From NCBI GenBank assembly GCA_013239625.1, contig MU054400.1, forward strand, positions 4,651,802 to 4,715,801: a stretch of DNA of 64,000 nt. Reading direction: 5' to 3'. Made by a program: the position numbers and the translations under genes. Of this stretch, positions 53,795 to 64,000 are shown one piece after another. This stretch comes from Lama guanicoe. Taxonomy: Eukaryota. How positions within the stretch are numbered: the first letter of the stretch is position 1; every line of letters begins with the position of its first letter. Below the pieces are notes generated by a model. The model was not told where the DNA came from. It was given only the letters and a program-made list of their open reading frames with translations, and did not search any database.

Positions 53795-53995
53795 TTTGGT
53801 TTTAAATTGTGGTAAAATGTGCTTTCCATAAAATTTACTATTTTGACCATTTTTAAGTTACGGTTCATTGCTATGAACTGCATTCACATTGTTGTGCAAC
53901 CACCACCACCATTCGTTTCTAGAACCTTTTCATCTTCCCAGCTAAAACCCAGTGCCTGTGAAACACCCAGCTCCCAATTCCCAACCTCCCTATAC
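53795..53995 (-). mobile_element. L1M 3' end fragment
   Basis: ttaaattgtggtaaaat...cataaaatttactattttgaccatttttaag...cattcacattgttgtgcaacc. Confidence 0.8.
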
Positions 53996-54375
53996 TGTCA
54001 ACAAAAAAGTAATAAATATATATAATTGTTGATCTAAGGAAAAATGGAAATTTTTATTTGAGCCAACCTGAGGATTATAACCCGGGAGACAGTCTTTCAG
54101 AAGGCTCTGAGGAGTTCCCGCCCAGTAGAGGTCAAAGCACGGCTATGTGAGTATTTGAGATAAAGGATTATTCGTCAAATGACATATTGTGGATGGTTTA
54201 CACAATCTAGATCTACATGTACAAAGCGAGTCCTGGGTCGGGTCATCTTGGCCCCTTGCAAGATTAAGAAGGAAAGTTATCTCTTAAGGAGTTGTGACCT
54301 TGGTGAGATTGAGAAGGAATGTTATCTCTAAGGAGGTCTGGTTCACACAGATGCACAACAAGTACTAACGGGGAG
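53996..54375 (-). mobile_element. ERV1-class LTR (partial)
   Basis: tttatttgagccaacctgaggattataacccgggagacagtctttcagaaggctctgagg resembles an ERV1 R/U5 region on minus. Confidence 0.65.
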
Positions 54376-56194
54376 GGCCCCCGCAACCCCCCATATATAC
54401 CTTCCGCTGAGTTTTGACTTGTTCAAGGGAATGAAAGGAACTGGATTGGGTAACTTTGCTGTAAATTAAGTAGACTCTAAACTTAACATTTTGGGGACCT
54501 CTTTTGAGAATAGTTGAGAGCTATATATACCCCTTTCTCAGAAAGGTGCCCTCAGATACTCAAACACATAGCCCATTCACAGACCCACAAATCAGAAAAC
54601 CCTGTCCTAGAGAATAAAAGATAGAACTTTTATTTTCATCTAAGTGGTCTAGTTCATAAGGAGCTGTTGATTCATTGAACTTTTATACTTGGTTTTGCCA
54701 TCAGGAATGGCTTCAACAAGCACAAGGAAGTCAAAGGAGGTTACCTTTAAGTGAGGTCACACCGATCCTTGTTGCTGACTGTCATTTTTTAAATTATTAT
54801 TAACATCTTGTGCAATGCGCTTAAGGAAATTTTTTTAACTCATTAATTTAATTAATGATTAAATAATTGTAAAATACTGGAAGCAATAAAAGTAAAATGT
54901 AATACCAAGAAAAAAAGTCATCTTCACTTCATCTAGAAAATTCAGTTTAAAGGAAAAAACCCTTTCACGCCAAACATAACAGGGACTTAGCCGGAATACT
55001 CCCTCTGACTCATCGGGATGATGCGGACCCAATCTACCAACTTTGCACACAAAGTGCCACCCCTGTCTTGACTTAGGGGAGCTCACTTAGCTCCCTGGTC
55101 AGGGAAGTTTCCATTGGTCCTGTAATGGAGGCATCCAGGGAGACTGCTGATCTCCATGGCAACCTGGACCCAAGCGAGCAAAACCCATCAACCATCTGGG
55201 CCCGCCATCTACTCTGGGAGGGACAGAGGTAGCTGTCCTGTCCTGGCTTCCTGTGCCACCTCCCCTGGACACCTGGAGCAGGGGACTTCTGCTTTCGGCT
55301 TCAGCTGGTTCTCCAGGAGGTCTTTAAAGAGGAGCCCAGCTGATGACAAGTTTGTAACGGTGGCTTTTGAGACGATTCAGGGAGCCAAGTGACTTCCTGG
55401 AACAGAGGAGGAACCGGCCTCTCAGAGCCCGCAGCGAAGCAGATGGAGGAGTGCTGTGTGATCAGGGCAGCCTCACCACTATGACCTTTAAGGATTTGGG
55501 GATTTACATAACATCCCTTTTCTCAGCAAAGTAAGTTCCTTATTCCTGAATCTCACTGCTCCAAGAAGACCCAGTTCCTGCTCTAGCTGTCCGGTTAGGG
55601 CATTTCCTTAATATAGTGTGTTCTTAAGCCGACGTTAAATCAGGAAGCAATTAGATCTGAGCTCAGCCTGGTCTTAACCTTCTAAAGCAATGTATCTTTC
55701 CTTCCTCCTGTCCTCTGTCTCCTGTCTCACGGACACAGGGAGAAGCTGAGAGTGACGCCCTGGGGTCATCTGGAACTCTTCCTCGGGAAATATTAGTAAA
55801 CAAGCAACAAAAACAGAAATTTAAACCCCAAATTCGAAAAAATTAAGCACTACAAGCACCTTAAAACTGACTGTAAAGCACAAATATGCAGTCATGCAAG
55901 AGCATGCTATTACCGGCTAACTCAAACGTAGGGGCGTTCCACAGCCATGTGATTAAACAGTGTGCAGGAAAAATCAGTATTTGAAGGACTGGAGGTGGTC
56001 ACGTGCTGCAGGAGAGGCGGTCTTGTTCTTAAAAAGACAATGGAGAAAATTAGGTATTATGAATGAAGAAGCAAGTGCGAATGTGACCATCATAATTACT
56101 GTCGAGGAGCAGAGGGGGAACCATTCGTTTGTGTTCAAATCTGAGTCACTGGGACTCACGAAAACAGGCGAAGCTGATTTGGGATGGACGTTTC

Positions 56195-56400
56195 ATTAAC
56201 AGTAACTCGTGTGGCCGGACAGTTGTGTGGGTCGCGCACTGCGCTGAGTGCTTTTCTACGTGTTATTTCCTTTAACCCTCCCTTACAGCAGTCCTTGAGG
56301 TGAATCCAAGTGTTTTGTTCATTTTGCAAGTGAGAGACTGAGGCACAGAGGTGAAGTGCCTTCCCCAGCTGCCCTGGCTGGGTTAAGGGTGCGCCCATCC
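56195..56400 (-). mobile_element. MIR SINE
   Basis: cattttgcaagtgagagactgaggcacagaggtgaagtgcc. Confidence 0.75.
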
Positions 56401-58884
56401 CCGCCACGCACGCAGCCTCTCCTGCTCCTCACGGGGCATTTCAGCTAGCTCTTTGGCTCACTGATTTGTCTGCCGTGTATCGATGGGGATCTGCCACGTG
56501 CCGGGCCGCGCTCTGGCCCCTGGGGTACCGCGGGGGACAAGACAGTCTGACTCATGGTGCTCGTGTCTGGTGGGGCGGAAGTGGTTGGCTGGGGATGGGG
56601 CAGATAGGGTGCTGGTGTTGCCCTGCTGGGGCCCAGTGAAGTATCCTCCAGCACCCTTCCACAGAGGGGAGCTCGGTCTCTGAGGGGTGAAGCCGTTTGC
56701 TCAGGACCAGGGTATTTAGAACATGGTGGGAGGGTTCCAGCCCAGGCCTGTGTGGTGCCTCAGCCCAGCCCCTCGGGAGGAGGACTTCCTCATCAAATTT
56801 TCTGTAAAGAGGTGACAGAATTGTTTTTTCTTGTCCTTGCTCTCAAGGAGGGCCTGAGATCAGAAATGACTCGCCCCTGCCGGGCTGAAACGGGTTACAG
56901 CCACAGAGGTGGCTGCAGGCTTGGTCTGGGCCTTCTAGCCTGCTGTTCAGGGCAGGCCCAGCCCTGGAGCTGGAGGCAGGGTGAGCTGACTGCTCGGACC
57001 CGGTGGGAGTTGGGTGGAGGACCTGCACAGCTTTCCCCCTCTGGCCTGCAACTGCTCATATCCTTTAAGGGACCAGGAAAGAGGAAGGCAGGGCCTGGCC
57101 TCTTCCCTCATCCTCCGCCTTGGCTGTTTTGCAGGAAGGGAGGGCCCGCACCCCCTCGGCAGTGTGGCTTCTCCGAGCTCCATGTCTGGCTTTGTGAGGC
57201 CAGTGGTTTTCAAATCCTCTTTGGTCCCAGAGTCCTTTGTTCAAAGCATGGTACCTGGGCGCCCACCTCCTCCAGGCAGCCGTCTGAGGTGTGCATAGGC
57301 CTCCTCTGAGAAGAGGCTGGAAGTCTGGGATCTGTCCTTTCCCCCATGACTGAGCCACCGGAGAATCCCCTCTTGCCTTCTGCCCTCTGTTTGCTACATC
57401 CGGCCGCCTTCCTCGTGCTTCTCGTGCACAGTCTTCATCTCAAGAAGAAAATTACAGCTTTTCTTTCTGCAACTCAAAGAATCCTTTTTGGTGAGCTCTG
57501 CAGACATGCAGATTAAGAGATTATAAATTTAAGATAACATTGAATGTCTACTGCTCTTAGTGATTTTAGGGACAAAGTCATTAGATTTTTTTTTTCTGTC
57601 TCCTACAGAATCCTCCTCTTACGACTTAAACTGTTAACTCATTGAGAAATTATCTATTGAAAGAAGAGTATATTGGATTTATTTTATTTTATTTATTTAA
57701 TTTTTTTGATAGGCTATTTTTTTTAGAGCAGTTTCAGGTTTCCAGCAGAAATGAGCAGAAAATACAGAGTTCCCACATGGCCCTCCAAGTGTATTGGATT
57801 TTTTTTAAAAGCCTAATCCTTCAGCCAGGTGTGTCTCTTGGAAAAGTCAGTTATCGATCCTTTGAGTGTTTTCCTCCTTTCACTGCCTATAATCAGTCTT
57901 TACTTTTAATTTTGGGATCAGGATGGTGAGGGAGAGCCCAGCATGGTAATTGGTAGTTCGCTCCTCACATGTCCAGCAACTGGTCAGCGCCTTGGAAACC
58001 AAGCGCAGGAGGCAGGCGATCTGTCTGGTTTCTGTCTGGTGTCATGGTCACAGAATGTCCCAGTGGTTGATGTGTTACTTGCACGCTGGATGTCTTGGCC
58101 TGTCCACACCTTCCTTGAAGCATCCCAGGAAGATACTCAACAAAATGAGCCATAGTTTTTTGTCATGAGCAGCCCACTGGGCAGCATTACAGAACCTGAG
58201 GATAAACCCACAGACCAATCGGAGGAAATAAATAAAGCAAACCTAAAGAATTAAGAGAGATAATTTAATCACGAAAATCTTAAATGAGTAAAGGATCTTG
58301 GAATCACTCGATTGTATCTCCACACACATACATATGCACACGTGTAGCAGTGTGTTAGATAGCGTGAGGTACGTGACAGTCACTGCATGTCAACGCCCCT
58401 TTTGAGGGACATGAACAATTCCTGGTGCCAGCTGGTCCCTGGGTTTCTGCTGTCCGTCCCTGCAGAGTCGTTGAAGGGAAGGGCTGTGACTGAAGGGGGT
58501 CCTGTTTGTATGGGCAGCAGTTCCCCTCTGGGCTTTGCCTCATTGAACTGCCTGTCGCCGTGGGGCTCAGTCAGAGCCTGCTCTGGGCTGCACCCACCGA
58601 TGCGGGCTCCCGCACGCGGTCCCCATCCCCACACTCCCCGTGGGCGGACTCCTGATAGGCAGGTGGGAGAAGGAGTCTGGTCACAGTGCCTGGCACCTGG
58701 TGGGCCATCTGGGAGGTGCTGTCCATTTCAGTTGTTTCATCAGACTCTTACACACTTTTTCAGGGCGGGGAGGGTGGTGCAGGTGACTGATCCATGCTCT
58801 CTTTCCACAAGGAGTCCCAAATGGATGTGTGTTTGTGTGCATTCGTGTTCCACTTACACACCCACCCCCATCCTTCCCCCCAAT

Positions 58885-59020
58885 CATAGCTAGCATCCTT
58901 TGAGCCCTTACTGTGTGCCTTACACGTGTTGTCTCATTGTACTCCACTTAACAGCCCTGTAAGTTAGGTGCTAATGGTGCCTCTTTTTACAATGAGGGAA
59001 CTGAGGCAAGGAGGTTGTGT
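58885..59020 (-). mobile_element. MIR SINE
   Basis: ttgagcccttactgtgtgcc...ttttacaatgagggaactgaggc. Confidence 0.7.
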
Positions 59021-59352
59021 GTCACCACCCGTCCTCCCTATGCTCCCAGTGGCGCGGGAAGGCTTTCCCATCACTGTAGAGTGTGGTGTGGTACACAGTG
59101 TAGCGTCCGTACCAGCGCTGTGCCATAGACCTTTCTGCAGTTAGGGAAGTGTTCTATGCCTTCCATTGTGGTGGCCGCGAGGTTCTTTTTTCAGACTGAA
59201 TAGTATGTATTAGTATTATGTAATAGTATGCTGTTGTATGTATGTACTACATTTTCTTGATCCATTTATCCATTGATGGACATTTGGGTGCCCTTCTATC
59301 TTTTCTTCTTTTCCTTCTCATTTCCCCCCAAGCATAATATGTAATTAAGACA

Positions 59353-59500
59353 GGGTGAGGAGCGTATAGCTCAGTGGTAGAGTGAGTGCTTAGCATGCAT
59401 GAGGTCCTGGGTTCAATCCCCAGTCCCTCCTTAAAAATAAATAAATAAATAAACCAACCAACCTAATTACCTCCCCTCCCCTTCAAAAATAAACAAAAAA
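59353..59500 (+). mobile_element. Vic-1-like SINE
   Basis: gtatagctcagtggtagagtgagtgcttagcatgcatgaggtcctgggttcaatcccc...aacctaattacctcccc. Confidence 0.92.
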
Positions 59501-61581
59501 AGTTTTAAATCTAGACCCTGTTGCATTAGATGAGGAGCAGTCTGTGCTTATTTCATATTTTAAGAACAAGTGTTGAGCCTTTATCTCCCCGTCATCACCC
59601 TAAAATGTACCCAACGTGTCTCCCCAGGGTGATTTTTTTTTTCTTCAGTCTAATGAAGCCACTCGCTGACTTTTCATTTCTCTGAGTCATTGACTTTCCA
59701 TAGAAAAAAGAAATTCCGCAGGCCTGCCTAGGGGCTGACCCCGTTCGGATGGTGGGTGGGACGGGCATTGCATTTGGGTGACGTTTGCTTACGTTGAGCA
59801 ACGGTAGTTTTGATACATTAGAGGGTTGATTTTTCTCTCCCTGGAAAGCGGGGCGATAGGTGGCCATGAGTGACGTGGTGCCCCCTCGGTGTCACTGGAG
59901 ACACAGACTCCTCCTGGGTTCCTCCCTTGTCATTCTTAGGGGCCACTGTCATCTAGGTTCTGCGATGTTCACCAAAGCTCCACCTACCTTGCTGGTGGTT
60001 CAAAAGGAAGGGAAGCAGCAAGGGTCCCGGACCCCTGGCTGCTTATCAGCCAGACTCTGTCACAAGGCACCCCGGCCCCACCCCGGGAGCATGGGAGACA
60101 AGGCACGTTGCTGCCTCGAATAAAATTTGATTCTGGGGGGTGAACCGAAGGGGGTGGACGTAGGGCAGGCGGCCAGCAGCTCCACATTCACCTGGTGGTC
60201 TTCAGCATCCACCTTCTTGGGATTCAGGCGATGTTCCAAGAATTGGGGGCCCAGACCCCTTCAAATGGCCTGCCCTTGAGACCAGAGGCATTAGACTGCT
60301 TTTTTTTTTTTTTTTTTTGCTGCTAGAGCATGCCAGCTTCCCTTTGTGGGTAGAGGCTCTACATTCTCCTAAAAATTGAGGAGAAGGCTGTGTTGCCTCT
60401 CTGGTCTCTGTTTCTTTGTGAGTCTGGTCATGGAGAAGTGTGGGATGGAGGAGCTGCCTGTGAGAGCTCCTCTGCTTGGGTCTATTTTAAAATTCTTCTA
60501 TCTAAATGGGTTTTGCAGTGTGAAAGGTAAAAAGGGTTGTCCCCTTAAAAAAGTCTCAGATGATGGTTCGTCCAACCACAGGTTAATAAAGACATTCGTT
60601 CGCAGTGATTAGGCCTTTCTTAGAAAGGTTAAGGATAGGGGAGAGTTACTGAAGCTTGTTTGCAGAGAGCGATTGCCCAGGTACCCTGGTGGTTTGAGCA
60701 GATGTGTAATTTAATCTTCTGCGCTTCACGGCGGGTCTGTGAAGGAAGGGGACACAGGGAATTTGGGGACTGCAGGGAGTCCTGGCTCTCAAAATAGTGA
60801 AGTAGGAACGGGGCGGCCAGGGAGCTGAGCATCTCTGAGGGCTCCGCGGGAGTGTGGAGAGTCCAGGCAGGGTTTCCTTTCTGTGTCAACTGTAAGCAGA
60901 AGTGATGGGCTTGGGGCATCCAGGTGTTGGCCTCTGGGAAGATGTCAGACCAGAGAAGAAACTTCATCGGGAAGCAGAGGAATCTCAGGCCTAGGAGCCC
61001 TCAGACCAGCTGGACAAAAGGTAGGAAAGGCAAGTCAGATTCCAAGGGGACAGAAGGCAGGCAGGAACTGGGTTCTGTAAGGTGTGTGCACTAGTGTTAC
61101 GGGACAGTCTAGACTAGAGCTTGGGCCAGCAGGAAGCCCAGGGAAACAGCTGGGTTTTAGACCTGGGTTTGCTACTTATTCTAGGCGAGTGGTTCCCTCT
61201 TTGGCCCCTCAGGGTCAGGATTGTGAACACAATGGCCCAGATGGGCAACACAAACACCCTCTGACCCCATGGTCCAGACGTGGGGATGGCTGGCAAAGGG
61301 GTCAAGGCCAAGACCCCACGCCAGGGAGGAACTTGATATGCCCCAAGCTCTCTCCGTTAACCCAGCAACTTCTGTGGGTTTCCTGCAAAGAAAGGAAATT
61401 AAGGAGTTTCCTAAATTCAAGGCAAGCAAGAAGAGAGAAGTCGGAGCAATTAGCCAGCGGGAAGAGAGGAGCAGAGGAGTTAATTGCGTTTAAACTGCTC
61501 TGAAACCAGGCGCCATCTTGCTGAAACTGGCTACCACTTTCTTCAGCACAGCAATTAAAGATACTTATATGTTCATAGTAC

Positions 61582-61915
61582 GTATCACAGATAAGTCAGG
61601 ATGGGCCACTGTAACAAAGAATGCCAATGGCCAGTGTGAGTGAGCCGGAGGCTCTTCTCACAGGTCGTGACCCCTGGACCAAGGCTCTACCATCTGGCAA
61701 ATGGCAGTTGCATTGGTGAGGGAAGAGGGCTCGGCAAGTTGAGGACTGGCTCTTGAAGCTTTCATCCAGCACAAGTGCTTTGGCTCACGTTTCACTGGCC
61801 AAAGGCAGTCACGTGGCCACGCCTCATTTGAAGAGCGTTGGGGGTGCCCTCCTACCAGATGCTGACCAGAAGGAAGGGTCCCTGCAATATGCGATGGATA
61901 GCACGGCCACTCTAG
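61582..61915 (-). mobile_element. Old MaLR MLT1(K/L)-type LTR
   Basis: gctcacgtttcactggccaaaggcagtcacgtggccacgcc motif. Confidence 0.6.
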
Positions 61916-63489
61916 TTATTTTAATCTGGAGTTAATATTTTTACAGAAAAGGGGTCAGGAACTAAGTCATTTCTAACCCGAGTCCCTACTTTATTTACAC
62001 CTGTAGAATCTTGTGATTGCCCGTATAACCTCTTACCATACCATGTCCCTTGATCTCAAGCACCATGTCCAGAAGGAAATAAATATTGCCAAGTCTAACA
62101 TAAAATGATGGCTTGTCAGCTGCCCAAATTAGGAAGACAGATTGAAACAGCAGTCTGCTGCGATGGCCAAGCAGAGACGATTTGCTGATATTAAGCCTGA
62201 AGAGTGAGTTAAAGAGGATTCTGCCGGGACAGGATGACTTGCTCTGCTTTTTTATGGAACCTAAAGCAAATGCTGACCTCTTAGATTCTGTTCCTTCCGT
62301 CATGACAAATGATGGGATCTGGAGTGAAGGCTGGAGAGTGGAAGGAGAGCAGCAGTCCGCCTGGAGATTGTCCCTGGTAAATTTCAGGGCAGGTGCTCTT
62401 TGTGAAATGATCATGTTCTCACTCTGTTGTCCTGATGTCTTTTGGTAAGCGAAAGAGATTTTTTTTTATTCTTTATTAACTGTACCTCTGGGCATTCTGT
62501 GCTGGTATGCTCCAGTTGCGAAGTTTATAAGTATGTGCTTTTGGGAGGATCTAATTAATCCACCTGAATGTATTAAACAGCCAGTGTACGGAAAGAGCTA
62601 TGGGAGATGCAGTTGGGGGCGCAAAGATAAATAGGATTTTAAGCTCGTTGACTGCACTCTGGGATGGATTGTAACAGTCACGGTCCCTGAGAACCTCGCG
62701 GTGCCACACCGCTTGGCAGTTGGCGTTGCTGTTCTGGCGCTCCCCTTGCATCAGAGCTGGCCTTGGGACTTTCCTGGCCAGCAGAGCCCTGCAGAAGGGA
62801 TGTCATGACTTCAAGACTAGGCTTTGCTCTCTTGGTACACTTCACCCTCACGTAACGACGCACTGCAGGGTGAGAGGCACGTGGAGCGAGAGGCCCAGCT
62901 GATGGCCAGCACACGCCATCAGACACACCAGCGAGGCCATCAGCCCCCACCAGCCCCGCTGGACTGCAAACCTGTGAATGAGACCAGATAATACCATGAA
63001 GGGTGGACGACCCGCCCGGTTGAGCCCAGCCCACGCTGCGACCCCTAGAACTGTCACTTGAACTGTTAGGTTCGGGGAGGGGGTTGTGCCCAGTGGTTGC
63101 CTGTTGCCTGCTCCCTGCGCTTACCCTCTGGGCAGCCAAACTGGCCTCCTTGCCGTTCCCCAGTGTGACGTCATTTTTGGTTCCCTCTTGGACACACTGT
63201 CCCTTCAGTCTAGAGTGCTGGCCCCCCTTTCCTTCTTGGAACTTCCTGTCCCAGGTGCCCCTCTGAGCTCCCCTGGAGCCCCCGATGCACATCACTGTTA
63301 CTGGCCTTTTTGCCGTTGTTTGCAGGTTAGTGTCTCCCACTGGATGCTGACCTCCTAGGGGGGAGGCTGTTTCCTCTCCTTCACTGACTCTCCAGCCTCT
63401 TCTCAGACGCTGGCACACAGTGGACAAAGCGTGAGGGTGGGCACTGCCCCGGCTGCCGGGTCCTGGATGTAACTGGTTATCGCACAGCA

Positions 63490-63708
63490 CGGCCTCTCAG
63501 ACTTTAACAAGGGGCACGGGAGCCACCTGGGATCCTGTTAAAGTGCAGGTTCTGATTCAGTAGGTCTGGAGAGGGGCCCGAGAGTCGACTTTTCTAACAG
63601 GCTCCCCGGGTCCACACTGAATGGCAACGCCACAGATCACCCAGGAGCCCAAGAATGAAAATTGGTGGTACCATAGGCCCTCAGTGGTTCATAGGGTTGA
63701 GAACCACT
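63490..63708. mobile_element. MER5A-like hAT-Charlie MITE (possibly two fragments)
   Basis: cacctgggatcctgttaaagtgcaggttctgattcagtaggtctgg...tttctaacaggctccc...ttgagaaccact. Confidence 0.75.
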
Positions 63709-64000
63709 TTTCTTTTTTTTTGAGTATAGTTGGTGTACAATATTATGTAAGTTACCAGCATACAATATAGTGATTTGCAACTTTTAACGGTTATACTCCA
63801 TGTGTAGTTACTGTTGGCTATATTCCCCATGCCATATAATATATCCTTGTAGCTTATTTTATACATAATAGTTAGGACGTCTTAATCTCTTACCCGTATA
63901 TTGCCCCTCCCTCCCTTCCTCTCCCCACTGGTGACCACTAGTTCTCTATATCTGCGAGTCTGCTTTTTCCCGCTAGTTTGTTACATTTTTTAGATTTCAC
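63709..64000 (-). mobile_element. L1 3' end running off the window
   Basis: ttgagtatagttggtgtacaatattatgtaagtt...ctccccactggtgaccactagtt; same family as 49246-49911. Confidence 0.88.

Noticed and set aside
13281..59690. Scattered AP-1 motifs (TGACTCA/TGAGTCA)
   Set aside because: A 7-mer is expected several times by chance in 64 kb; no clear cluster.
62678..63490. 270-aa minus-strand ORF
   Set aside because: GC-rich region, no recognisable domain, non-ATG start; consistent with chance.

Overview
Mammalian genomic DNA, most likely a camelid, inferred from about 11 copies of a tRNA-Ala-derived SINE resembling camelid Vic-1 and from young artiodactyl-type L1 3' ends. The window holds the 5' end of DAPK1 (death-associated protein kinase 1) on the + strand. 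It contains about 11 kb of upstream DNA, a CpG-island promoter (~10950-12620), non-coding first exon(s), and exon 2 (12374-12543), which carries the start codon and 62 coding nt ([21 protein letters not shown]). The remaining 51 kb or more is intron 2, with no further DAPK1 exon visible. The rest is interspersed repeats (L1, L2, MIR, hAT-Charlie MITEs, MaLR/ERVL/ERV1 solo LTRs, SINEs) and microsatellites. I found no new multi-gene system. The most notable details are three interlocked uORFs in exon 2, a diverged ~140-bp local duplication in intron 2, a SINE with a template-switch hairpin, and several nested insertions. Repeat family names come from recalled consensus sequences, and boundaries are approximate unless a TSD is given.
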